Assembly (NCBI GenBank): GCA_947457565.1
Contig: CANGWH010000002.1
Coordinates: 12,175 to 76,174, forward strand
Source: Flavobacteriales bacterium
GTDB lineage: Bacteria > Bacteroidota > Bacteroidia > NS11-12g > UBA955
DNA length: 64,000 bases
Reading direction: 5' to 3'
Shown: one piece after another, positions 30,357 through 39,766 of the stretch
How positions within the stretch are numbered: the first letter of the stretch is position 1
How the letters are laid out: every line of letters starts with the position of its first letter
Translations under genes and position numbers: made by a program
The notes under the pieces: generated by a model
Database searches by the model: none
Told to the model about the DNA's origin: nothing
What the model saw: only the letters and a program-made list of their open reading frames with translations

Positions 30357-30963
30357 TAAAGGCATTTCAAATTGTATATTGTTAGGTCTTTTGAGTTCGA
30401 TACTCATTTCGGCTTGTGCCAGGCGATCATTTTCTCAAGATTTTATTGCTCGTTTTGGCGTTGATTCATCCATGATGACTCAAATGTATTATTTTCCTAA
30501 TAGACCGTTTAATCTTCAATTTGGTATTAGGGATATTAAATTTAAAGACAATAATGGTAGTTATATAATCACCCGATATAGGAATGTAGATGAATATTTA
30601 TTTACACCAAAAACAAGGGGGATTCTTAGGTACTATTCTAAAGATACCGTAAAAATACAATTCTCAGACAGTTCAACAGGTGTGCTAAGATTTGTTAGAG
30701 ACACAGAAAACGACAGATATTTTTTAAGTGCTGACACCATTCTCGGTGAAAGATTTATCATTAATTATTTAGGATATAATTGTATAAGCAGTACACGTAT
30801 GCCTAGAATCAAATTAACCGTCCAAGGGGTTGAATTAACAAAAGTTAAACGACATAGAAAAATTCAATCTGGGGTAAGTCGTGGCAATAGTGAACTGCAA
30901 ATCCAAAGTGAACCGAAAAAACCGAAAAAAACTAGAATAAAGCCAGCTCCGGTTATAGAGTAA
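30340..30963 (+). CDS. Hypothetical lipoprotein
   Basis: A 207-aa protein with a LISAC lipobox-like signal and a basic C-terminal tail. Confidence 0.5.
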   Translation: MKKPLNKGISNCILLGLLSSILISACARRSFSQDFIARFGVDSSMMTQMYYFPNRPFNLQFGIRDIKFKDNNGSYIITRYRNVDEYLFTPKTRGILRYYSKDTVKIQFSDSSTGVLRFVRDTENDRYFLSADTILGERFIINYLGYNCISSTRMPRIKLTVQGVELTKVKRHRKIQSGVSRGNSELQIQSEPKKPKKTRIKPAPVIE

Positions 30964-30971
30964 AATTCACA

Positions 30972-30993
30972 CCAATTACATTGAACTAATTGG
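30972..30993. terminator. Hairpin between convergent genes
   Basis: CCAATTA-cattgaac-TAATTGG has a 7-bp stem. The flanking T/A runs are weak. Confidence 0.2.
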
Positions 30994-31059
30994 CTAGCGC
31001 ACTAAACAACATTCTTTATTCTAGTTGTACGTTCATCAAGAATGCATAGCATTGGAGCT

Positions 31060-34041
31060 CTACACGATATATTTTTTAATTAACGCTCTCCGCTGATTAA
31101 ATATCATTTCAGGATGCTCTTTTGAATCCCTAAGTTTCTTTTCACTTTCAAAACTATTTAACCAATCAACTAAGATTTCTGAACCAATAAATACGTCTTC
31201 CACTGATTTCAATTCGGCTTTACCAATAAAACGCTCTATAGTTGTTCCAAATTTGGAAGAAGAAGAAGATACCGCTGCGCGTAACGAGGTTATGTTTGAC
31301 TTTCTAAAGGCGGTTAATTTCTCAGGATTATAATGCTTTTTATGTAATATTCTTAAGGCCCAAAATTTAATTGAAACAGGAATTAACGAAAAATCTTTCA
31401 ACGCTATATCCAGATACCTCTCATTTAAATCACCGGAGAACAATGGGATTAACTGTCTCCATTGATCAATTTTTTGAGCAAACGTAGTTGGTTCGTAGAT
31501 AGGTAATAAATAAGGCTTTACAGCCGGCGGCAAAATTTCTCCCAATAGTTCTAAATTAAATATCACATCGGTATCTGTTTCAATATTATTTAAATAATTC
31601 TCAACACGTTGGGCTCCATGAATACCTAAATTAAAAGAGAGAATCTGAATAATCTGTATTTGAACTTGCTTACTTAAATGATACATATTACTTAACATAA
31701 ACAGATCTTCCACAGACTGACCATGTATTTCACTTATATTAATTTGCAACCATACCAACAACTCACTTGTATCTTTCAACAAACCAACAAATTTGGGGTA
31801 TAAATCATGCTCCGTATGAATTATTGTTTGCTGGTCCCATTGCTTGAAAATTTGGTTTCGTAAAGCAACAGGAGAATAGCTAATCAATGTGAGTATGTCA
31901 GTAATTGAGTATTTGTTTGATCGAATGATTTCAATTGCCTGAAATTGACTGCTTAATTCATTACTATTTAACAACCTCCCCAAGTCAATAACCCTATTCC
32001 CGCTAATAATTGATTCTTCTACGATTTCCTCCTCATAATCAACATCCACCGTTCTTAGAAACTCTTCCTCATTATTAATTGCTTCTGCTACCGATGTTGA
32101 TGAAACCACTGCGATTTCGTCTTCCATAATTTCGTCATGTTGCAAATATTCAATGTGCGAAATTTGTGTTTGCAACTCACCTTCTTCTACAAATTCATCA
32201 ATATTTTCTGGATTATGATCTAGATTTTCATCGTTTACAACCAATGATGCAAAATCTCCATTTTCAGACAGTATTTGTAATAGATTTTTGTAAGGCGATT
32301 TAGGCCTATCGATTTCATTGCTACTGATTGTTAACTCTGAACTAGAACTATTAAGGACTGTGAATCGCTCATAATATATTGATGGCGGGAGAACTTTAAT
32401 ACCTACACTTTCCTTATCCAAATCACTACCCAACGTATTATCAAAGGCTGATTCTAAATTATTTAAATATCCAGGTTCACCTGCAGATGAGGAACTTAAT
32501 AATTGGCTAGAATTCTCCGTATCATTGAATTTAGCCGAATTTTCATCAATTTCTCTTGATTTCAATGAGTCTGTTGATGGGAATTCTAGTTCGGTATTTG
32601 CTTTTTCTGAGGGATCAACACTCAAATTATCAACTATATTACTTTGAGGAATATCCTTAGCTGTATTGTTATTATTGCTTTGATATCCAACCGCTGACAA
32701 CTGTAAATTCTCTTTTAACGTTGTAAATCTATTCTTATAAAGTGTTGCAATGCCCTTAGACAAATTAACCCAAACCAACGATAAAATCAGGCTTGAATAT
32801 ATTAGAAATTCATTCACCGGCACATAAAAGGAAAACCAAGGGAAATATCTAAGAATTACAGGAATTAGGATAATTCCAACGGCGAGAAACCGTATTTTAA
32901 AACCAGTAAGTATTCTACGCGTTGCAAATTTCTCTGCTGCACTGCAATGATTAAGAGCAACATCTAGCATTGCCTCTGAAATATTTGCCCCTCCAACCCA
33001 AACTATGATAAAAAGAACACTAATCGAAAAGTTATAAAAAAGAGATTGTTCATCGCCAAACACCCGATTAGCCACCAATATTATTGAAAACAATAAAGTA
33101 AGAACTGGAATGATTATCACACTTACCGTTGTTTTAATTCTCCTTAATTGGGTTTTCCCAAATTCTTGATAGATTACGGCAAAGACATTCAACCAAATTA
33201 CCAAAGTAATAAACCTCTGAAAATTTTTATCATGGTTTAAGGTAAGCTTTTCCAATTCCATAGAAAATACAGATGCCGTAAAGATTAATAATATCAGAGT
33301 ACTCAAATAAATAAGTCGGAAATAATTACTTGATAAATAGACACTATTCTTCTTAATCATGTTTGGAGGTTTAATTTCTTGAATGGCCAAACCATGGTTA
33401 CCCGATTTAATATTGTCTGTTAAATTAAATCGAAATAACCATAAAATTCCAAAAGTTGTGATCCACAAATAATCTTGTGGAAGAAACATATCACTTAAAA
33501 ACCACTCGATGAAAATTAATGTTCCAACTATTGAAACTGAATAAATGGTTCTATTGATATTTATGCGATTAAAATCTGGGACATCCGCTAGACCTTGTTT
33601 TTTGTTTATACTAAATAATTGCGCAGATTGTACTTCTAAAATACTTTTAAAACCTGTGATAATAGGAAATACGATAGATAAATTAACAATTTTGAGCAAT
33701 CGTAATATAAGCGGGTGGTCAATCGGCCACGAATATTGTAATAACAATAATGTTATAAATGCTAAAACAAAAATACCAAAACGCCTCAGTGCACCCAAAT
33801 AGCCGTAATCGGTTAACAGTAGCTTTGACAACCGATTAAAGAGGACTTGAAAACCTATATAACAAACTGCAATTAATAATACATCTATCTCAATACCTGT
33901 AGAATAATCTTTTCTATAAACTCCTTCAACAAGCAGGGCTGAGATTACACCTAACAAAACAAATTGATAGCCTAGCTTTTTTGCGATCCAAAATCCACCA
34001 GTAGAAAGACCGCTATAAAACCATTTTCTTAACCAATTCAT
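31060..34041 (-). CDS. 993-aa polytopic membrane protein with a low-complexity linker and a large C-terminal soluble domain
   Basis: About 10 predicted TM helices in the first 450 aa, then an S/N/E/D-rich linker, then a roughly 430-aa C-terminal domain with no recognised motif. It follows the TonB-dependent receptor gene by 3 nt. Confidence 0.6.
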   Translation of the reverse strand: MNWLRKWFYSGLSTGGFWIAKKLGYQFVLLGVISALLVEGVYRKDYSTGIEIDVLLIAVCYIGFQVLFNRLSKLLLTDYGYLGALRRFGIFVLAFITLLLLQYSWPIDHPLILRLLKIVNLSIVFPIITGFKSILEVQSAQLFSINKKQGLADVPDFNRININRTIYSVSIVGTLIFIEWFLSDMFLPQDYLWITTFGILWLFRFNLTDNIKSGNHGLAIQEIKPPNMIKKNSVYLSSNYFRLIYLSTLILLIFTASVFSMELEKLTLNHDKNFQRFITLVIWLNVFAVIYQEFGKTQLRRIKTTVSVIIIPVLTLLFSIILVANRVFGDEQSLFYNFSISVLFIIVWVGGANISEAMLDVALNHCSAAEKFATRRILTGFKIRFLAVGIILIPVILRYFPWFSFYVPVNEFLIYSSLILSLVWVNLSKGIATLYKNRFTTLKENLQLSAVGYQSNNNNTAKDIPQSNIVDNLSVDPSEKANTELEFPSTDSLKSREIDENSAKFNDTENSSQLLSSSSAGEPGYLNNLESAFDNTLGSDLDKESVGIKVLPPSIYYERFTVLNSSSSELTISSNEIDRPKSPYKNLLQILSENGDFASLVVNDENLDHNPENIDEFVEEGELQTQISHIEYLQHDEIMEDEIAVVSSTSVAEAINNEEEFLRTVDVDYEEEIVEESIISGNRVIDLGRLLNSNELSSQFQAIEIIRSNKYSITDILTLISYSPVALRNQIFKQWDQQTIIHTEHDLYPKFVGLLKDTSELLVWLQINISEIHGQSVEDLFMLSNMYHLSKQVQIQIIQILSFNLGIHGAQRVENYLNNIETDTDVIFNLELLGEILPPAVKPYLLPIYEPTTFAQKIDQWRQLIPLFSGDLNERYLDIALKDFSLIPVSIKFWALRILHKKHYNPEKLTAFRKSNITSLRAAVSSSSSKFGTTIERFIGKAELKSVEDVFIGSEILVDWLNSFESEKKLRDSKEHPEMIFNQRRALIKKYIV

Positions 34042-34044
34042 TGG

Positions 34045-36750
34045 TTAAAAATTAAATACCATACTACCAAAAAACATCCTACCATACTGAGGTATCATTG
34101 CACTATAACTGCCAGTACCTAGGCGAGCTCCGGGGCTGAAAAATTTGGCGTTCGTTAAATTATAGCCTTTTATTTGCAAGCTAACTTGCTTAAATAATTG
34201 TACATCAATATTCATATTCACCAATTGATAACCCGGTATTTCTTTAAGATTAGAAAGACTACCAAACGTCTCCCAACCTGTTGGTTTCGCGGAAACATGA
34301 TTTAACATAAACTGAATATTCGTTTTAATATGAGGTAAAAAAACGCCCAATCCTGCATTGGCATTAAACGGGGATATATCAGACATAACTTTTACCCTAG
34401 CACTATCTGTTTCATTAACTTTTGTATTTAAATGGGTAGTGTTTGCATAAAAATATACATTTTCTGAGATATTTAATTTCAATACTGTTTGAAGGCCCAT
34501 TACTTCAGCGGTTCCTGTATTTTCAAATATTTCCAATTTATCAACTAAACCGTTTCGAGTAATATTCAAATACGAAGCATAAAATCCATTTACCTCAATG
34601 GAAGACTGATTCTCCGATCCCAAGGCTTTAAAGACAACTAATTCCAAATCACGCACTTTTTCAGGTTTCAATAACTCATTACCAACCTTTACATTTGGGA
34701 TGGTTGAAAATCGATTATATTGGCTTGCATCCATGATTGCTTCAGAGTATACCGCTTTAACAATCCATTTATTGGGATAATACACTATTGAATATCGAGG
34801 ATTAAATTTCAATCGATAGCCCAATGTGCTTCGCTCATTAAAAATTTTGTTATCTACCCTACCCCCAATTCCGATATTTAAAAATTTTGACGGATTGGAG
34901 TAATTATACTGACCAAAAGTACCAAAATCTACAACGGTAATATGGTTTCCTCCTTCTAACTTAGGATTAACCCTCCCATATAATGACGGATTTTCTCTTG
35001 GATAGGTAATATAATCTACTTGTAAAAGTCCATTTCTAATTTCGGCTCCAAAAATTAAATCACTGTGTTGGCTTAATTGATAATTAAATCTCAGTTCATC
35101 CCTGTACTGCTTACTTTGTTGGGAATAGTATCTGCGCAAATATCCAGGTTCTACATTTTTTATTAAACTATCCAGCGTCAATTGTCCAACACCTCCGCCA
35201 CCATTCGCAAATGATCTATATTGAGTAATGATCGAATTGTTCCCAAAATCTGATGTTTTGAAATAGGTATTATTAGTAACTATTAATTTATCTCCAAAAC
35301 GTTTGGTATACTTACAAAAGTATATCTGTTGTCGTACATGCCAAGAATTAAAATCGCTATTTACAGCAAATAGACTATCTACATAATCGGGCGATGCCCC
35401 TTCAACGCTTTCCCAAAATTGTCCACCTACAACAAAGTCACCCAGCGTAATTTTAGTAGAGAAATAATAATTTGCATCCTTTTCCTTAAAGAGATTTCTA
35501 CCGGGTTTAAATTGTTGTCCGGCTTCCCCTAGATACTTTTTACCGAGTTGGTAATTGGATTGATCCAGTGAATCCATCTTTTTAAGTGCATATTCGGTAG
35601 GAATTATTCGTGTACTGTCCGCTGAATACGTGTGGTAAAGTCCATTTTTATCGATTGATTTAAAATAACCTATGGCATTTGTATCGCCTTTCGCGCCATA
35701 ACGCTTAAAGGTATCAATCGTCATTATTTCTCTGTAATAGTCAGGGGTTGATTTCCATTTTCCATCCCAATTAGGAAACTGACTTAAATCCAAATCCTCG
35801 GTGGTATACACTCTGGCTGTTGCTTGCGCGAAAACACCATTAGACCCCAAACTACCATTTATTTCAGCCATATTGGTATTGAGTGCTCCTTTAGTAGCGA
35901 TACCGTTTACATTTACCAAACGCTTACCTGCAATATCTTTATTTTTAAATACATCCGACGGTGATTTAGTTACGATATTTACAACTCCTGTAAAAGCATT
36001 AGGTCCATAGATAGTAGATGCCGGACCATAAATAATTTCAATTCGTTTAATATTTGAAACGGGAAACTGACGAGACAAAAACACAGCGTTAGTCCATAAT
36101 TCGTTATCATCTACCCCATCAATCATAAATAACATACGCTCTGTTAATGCCGAAGTTCGATAACCACGTTGATAAACGGTAGCGTATGATGTACCAAAGG
36201 TTCTAGAAACATCAAAACCAGGCAAATCATAAAATATCTGTGTAATATCTTGATATCCTCTGCGCTTAATATCTTCCTCTGTTATTACCTGTATAGTTGC
36301 GGGCGCTAATTCAATTTTCTCTGCTTTTTTAGAAACCGATGTAGTGAGATTGGCCTGCATCGACGCACGAATAAATCTAACTTGTAATTTTAATCGCTCT
36401 GGATCTCTTAGTTCTGTTTCAAAATTATCCTTTAGAGTTAAAATAGCTGTTATTGTGCGGTTCGCTGCTTCAATAGAATCCATAGCTAAGTAAGCCATTG
36501 CAATCCATTTCATGGCATCTATTTTTTCATTCTCAGCAAAACCATTGCGTTGTATACAGGTATTTAATCTTGAAATACAGGTAAAGAATCCCCCCAATTG
36601 ATAGTCTAATTCAGCTTGGGTTATTGTATTTTTCCCACAAATAGACGACTCGATATTCGACATATCGGTGGTATCGGATTGTGCCTTTACACTGCCAATA
36701 CAAATTTGAAATAATAAAACTAAAACTACTGCTAAAATTTCTTTTCTCAT
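34045..36750 (-). CDS. TonB-dependent outer-membrane receptor with an atypical Cys-containing N-terminal extension
   Basis: It has a signal peptide, a plug-domain motif (IEIIYGPASTIYGPNAFTGVVNIVTK) and an 800-aa barrel with a C-terminal aromatic residue (FNF). The roughly 130 aa before the plug are not like CarbopepD_reg. Confidence 0.7.
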   Translation of the reverse strand: MRKEILAVVLVLLFQICIGSVKAQSDTTDMSNIESSICGKNTITQAELDYQLGGFFTCISRLNTCIQRNGFAENEKIDAMKWIAMAYLAMDSIEAANRTITAILTLKDNFETELRDPERLKLQVRFIRASMQANLTTSVSKKAEKIELAPATIQVITEEDIKRRGYQDITQIFYDLPGFDVSRTFGTSYATVYQRGYRTSALTERMLFMIDGVDDNELWTNAVFLSRQFPVSNIKRIEIIYGPASTIYGPNAFTGVVNIVTKSPSDVFKNKDIAGKRLVNVNGIATKGALNTNMAEINGSLGSNGVFAQATARVYTTEDLDLSQFPNWDGKWKSTPDYYREIMTIDTFKRYGAKGDTNAIGYFKSIDKNGLYHTYSADSTRIIPTEYALKKMDSLDQSNYQLGKKYLGEAGQQFKPGRNLFKEKDANYYFSTKITLGDFVVGGQFWESVEGASPDYVDSLFAVNSDFNSWHVRQQIYFCKYTKRFGDKLIVTNNTYFKTSDFGNNSIITQYRSFANGGGGVGQLTLDSLIKNVEPGYLRRYYSQQSKQYRDELRFNYQLSQHSDLIFGAEIRNGLLQVDYITYPRENPSLYGRVNPKLEGGNHITVVDFGTFGQYNYSNPSKFLNIGIGGRVDNKIFNERSTLGYRLKFNPRYSIVYYPNKWIVKAVYSEAIMDASQYNRFSTIPNVKVGNELLKPEKVRDLELVVFKALGSENQSSIEVNGFYASYLNITRNGLVDKLEIFENTGTAEVMGLQTVLKLNISENVYFYANTTHLNTKVNETDSARVKVMSDISPFNANAGLGVFLPHIKTNIQFMLNHVSAKPTGWETFGSLSNLKEIPGYQLVNMNIDVQLFKQVSLQIKGYNLTNAKFFSPGARLGTGSYSAMIPQYGRMFFGSMVFNF

Positions 36751-36754
36751 CCCA

Positions 36755-39700
36755 TTATTTTTTGAGTTCTGCTTCTAAATATACCAAGTCCAACAGATGA
36801 AAACGAATTGAAAAATCCTCAGAAATTGAAACCAGACCATGGTGATTAGGGATCCAACGACTATCATAAATCCATGAATCATGAATTTTCATTTTAACCA
36901 CTTTGTTCGCATAATCTGAGGTTAAAAATTCATCAATTCCAATGATTCGTAGATAATTATCAAACCCCGTTGATAATATGACCGCTTTACCATTTAAATC
37001 ATAAACCCAATTTAACGATGTTACTTCCGATAAATGCAATGTTTTAAAGACTGAAAATGTATTTTGATTGGTATAATAATAACCCATTCTACCTCGTCTA
37101 CTTCCTATTGCGATAGTATCACCGGTTGAAGAAAACGACATAGCAGTTACAAATTGAACATCTATTTTGGCTGATTTGGTAGGTTTACCAAGTAAATTCT
37201 TATTATCTGCAAAGAATTCCAAATTACCATTTCTTATCCATGCCACGGAAGATTTATTTGAGAATGCAACGGCAGAAACTCCCGATACAATAGTTGGTGT
37301 TTGCATCGTTTCGTTCCAAATGTACGCCGTTGTACCTTGTTGAATTATTACATTTCCAGCGATAACATTCACTTTTGTAAAATTATTAAATGGTATTTTG
37401 GCCGGTATTTGTTTTTCTACTACTAGGTTATTGGCCGCAACGGATGCAACAGCCAAATTACCATTTTTTAAACCCAAATAAAATTTGCCGGTTATCTCAT
37501 TAAGAGCAATAGATTGAATTCCATTAATCGTTTTTGTAGAATTTATTAGATTTAAACGATTATGATCTGCTGAAATTTTAAAGACACGAACGGTTCCATT
37601 TTCCGATAAAGCAATTACTTGGTCGAGTTTCTTGTAATACAACATCTGCCTTACAGGACTGCCAGTTCGTAGCAAATTTCTTTCCTGATTATTCCAAGCC
37701 CAGTTAAAATACATTGGCAAAAGAATATGGTTGTAAAAATCTGTAAATTTAAGTTTCCTAGCATCTTCCAAAGCTGTCAGAACTTCTTGTTTACTTTTTT
37801 CAAATTCTTTTTCTTCTAATTTAATTACAGAGCTTAAGGCTGTTTGAGCAATAACTGATTTTTTTGTATTCTCTTCAACAATGGCGGTTTGTTTTTCTGC
37901 AAATTTTCGTTGATTCTCTGCATATTCAGCAGCAGCCGTTGCTTTGGTTTCGTTTGATTTTGCTAATTCTGCCGCAATCTTTGCTGCCTTTGTGGCATTA
38001 TTGGCTTTCACTAGATTCGCTTCTGCTTGCACTTGCAGTGCTTTAATTTCTTTAAATTGCTTTTCTAAATCGGACTGAGCAGAAGAAATCTCCTTTACTA
38101 AAAGATCTGCCTTTGCTTTTTCACCTCTGGCTATTTCTGTTTGTTCTTTGGCTTCTATTTCTTTTAACTCTGCTTTTTTTCTATTTTCCTCTGCTTTGAT
38201 TCGTTCAAAAAATGCCCATACTCCAAAGCCTAAGGCTATTACACCAATAATTGAAATTGTAATAGAAAACCTTCTAGCCCGAAGTAATTTTTGTTTCTGC
38301 TGATTTTCTGCAAATTCAATTTCCCGTTTTTGTTGTTCTTCGGAGTATTCCAAAAACAACATTGCTCGTTCAAAATTTCCATTAATTCTTGATGCCCAAG
38401 CAATATTGGGCGAATTATCGGCTCTCCATTTTAAGGCTAATGTAAGCTCTGGATCTCGCCATAAACTACCTTTTCTATTTTCGTACTGATCAGCAGCTTC
38501 ACACAATCGAACATACATATCAATCGACTCACTTTCTTCTTCCACCCAACGAATTAATCGCTGCCAAACACGCATTAAACTCTCGTGAGAAATATCTAAA
38601 ACCGAAGATTCTGATAGCGAAGACTTTGCTGCAGGAACTAAAAATGCTCGTCCTACTTTTCTGAATGTATTTGCAACTTGTGAAACCTCTTCAAAACTAG
38701 CACCTACTAATTCCATCACCTTGGACATCGGTGTAGGCCTGCGAACACCTCTACCATCGTTACCTCGATCTGTTAAAGTTCGAAACAAGGCTCTACAAAC
38801 ATCCTGTAATCTATCGGTTTTTAATTCTAAAAAGGCTTCTTCAGCGTGTAGCGATAAGGCTTGCGTTACTGTACCCACCTCCTCATAGTGAAAAACATCT
38901 AATTTACCTTCTCGCTTATATTTATCATTCCAACATTCCCAAACTCGCATAAGTACATGCTGTAAAATGGGTAATTGATCTTGATTCTCACCTATGTCTT
39001 GCAGCAAACGATTAACCAACTCATTGCTTACTGTCGCACCACCCACTGCTGCGGGGCCAACAATAGCAGATCGTAGCTGATCACTCGTCATTTTAGGTAC
39101 TAAGTAATTTCCTTCGTTAATTGCTTCGGGAAGTCCTTCAAAATGGGTACAATCACCCAAAAAATCAGAGCGCATTGTGATGACAACAAAAATCGGTAAT
39201 TCTGTAAACTTAGTTGCCCATAACAAGTTATCTAACAAATGTTTGGCTTCAATAAAATGCGTAGAATTATCGGCAGATGTAAATCGAAACAACTCTTCAA
39301 ATTGGTCGATTAACAACAGAAGATTTTCACCAGGTACTGCAAATTTTTGATAAAATTGTTCCAAACCATGGGCGGATTTTTTCAGTGTGGCTTCTATCGA
39401 ATTTAAACCATCATTACTATTCAACCCAAGTTGTTCTAAATGATTCTTCGTATTATCGAACAACGCTTTGGCTAAGTTTTTCGTAGGGTTTGACCCAGGG
39501 CGAAAATTAACAACATTCCATAAAGAACTTGTTCCAGACATGAATCCGCTATACAGCGATGGTATTACCCCGGATTTCACCAATGATGATTTACCACTTC
39601 CAGAAGTACCTAATACAGCTAAAAACTTATTCTTTCTTAGTTTCCTTATTAAATCATCTATTTGCTGTTCTCTACCATAAAATAAAAAATCTTCTTCAGG

Positions 39701-39766
39701 TTCAAAAGACCTTAATCCTGGGTAAGGATTGGAAACCTCAATACTATTAATTATTAGTTCTTCCAC
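36755..39766 (-). CDS. STAND-class NTPase (NB-ARC/AAA_16-like) with coiled-coil and C-terminal WD40-like beta-propeller
   Basis: The N-terminus (NPYPGLRSFEPEEDFLFYGRE...FLAVLGTSGSGKSSLVKSG) is typical of bacterial STAND-WD40 proteins. It has a Walker B (LLLLIDQFEELF), a TM or amphipathic segment, a K/E-rich coiled coil around aa 500-650 and repeated beta-strand blocks in the C-terminal 350 aa. Confidence 0.7.
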   Translation of the reverse strand: MEELIINSIEVSNPYPGLRSFEPEEDFLFYGREQQIDDLIRKLRKNKFLAVLGTSGSGKSSLVKSGVIPSLYSGFMSGTSSLWNVVNFRPGSNPTKNLAKALFDNTKNHLEQLGLNSNDGLNSIEATLKKSAHGLEQFYQKFAVPGENLLLLIDQFEELFRFTSADNSTHFIEAKHLLDNLLWATKFTELPIFVVITMRSDFLGDCTHFEGLPEAINEGNYLVPKMTSDQLRSAIVGPAAVGGATVSNELVNRLLQDIGENQDQLPILQHVLMRVWECWNDKYKREGKLDVFHYEEVGTVTQALSLHAEEAFLELKTDRLQDVCRALFRTLTDRGNDGRGVRRPTPMSKVMELVGASFEEVSQVANTFRKVGRAFLVPAAKSSLSESSVLDISHESLMRVWQRLIRWVEEESESIDMYVRLCEAADQYENRKGSLWRDPELTLALKWRADNSPNIAWASRINGNFERAMLFLEYSEEQQKREIEFAENQQKQKLLRARRFSITISIIGVIALGFGVWAFFERIKAEENRKKAELKEIEAKEQTEIARGEKAKADLLVKEISSAQSDLEKQFKEIKALQVQAEANLVKANNATKAAKIAAELAKSNETKATAAAEYAENQRKFAEKQTAIVEENTKKSVIAQTALSSVIKLEEKEFEKSKQEVLTALEDARKLKFTDFYNHILLPMYFNWAWNNQERNLLRTGSPVRQMLYYKKLDQVIALSENGTVRVFKISADHNRLNLINSTKTINGIQSIALNEITGKFYLGLKNGNLAVASVAANNLVVEKQIPAKIPFNNFTKVNVIAGNVIIQQGTTAYIWNETMQTPTIVSGVSAVAFSNKSSVAWIRNGNLEFFADNKNLLGKPTKSAKIDVQFVTAMSFSSTGDTIAIGSRRGRMGYYYTNQNTFSVFKTLHLSEVTSLNWVYDLNGKAVILSTGFDNYLRIIGIDEFLTSDYANKVVKMKIHDSWIYDSRWIPNHHGLVSISEDFSIRFHLLDLVYLEAELKK

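Noticed and set aside
36755-39766. Considered whether the 1003-aa NTPase is the missing Afp15-like AAA+ ATPase of the injection system
   Set aside because: It is on the opposite strand and 9 kb away in a separate operon. It has the STAND-type N-terminal motif and a WD40-like C-terminus, not the Afp15/CDC48 architecture.
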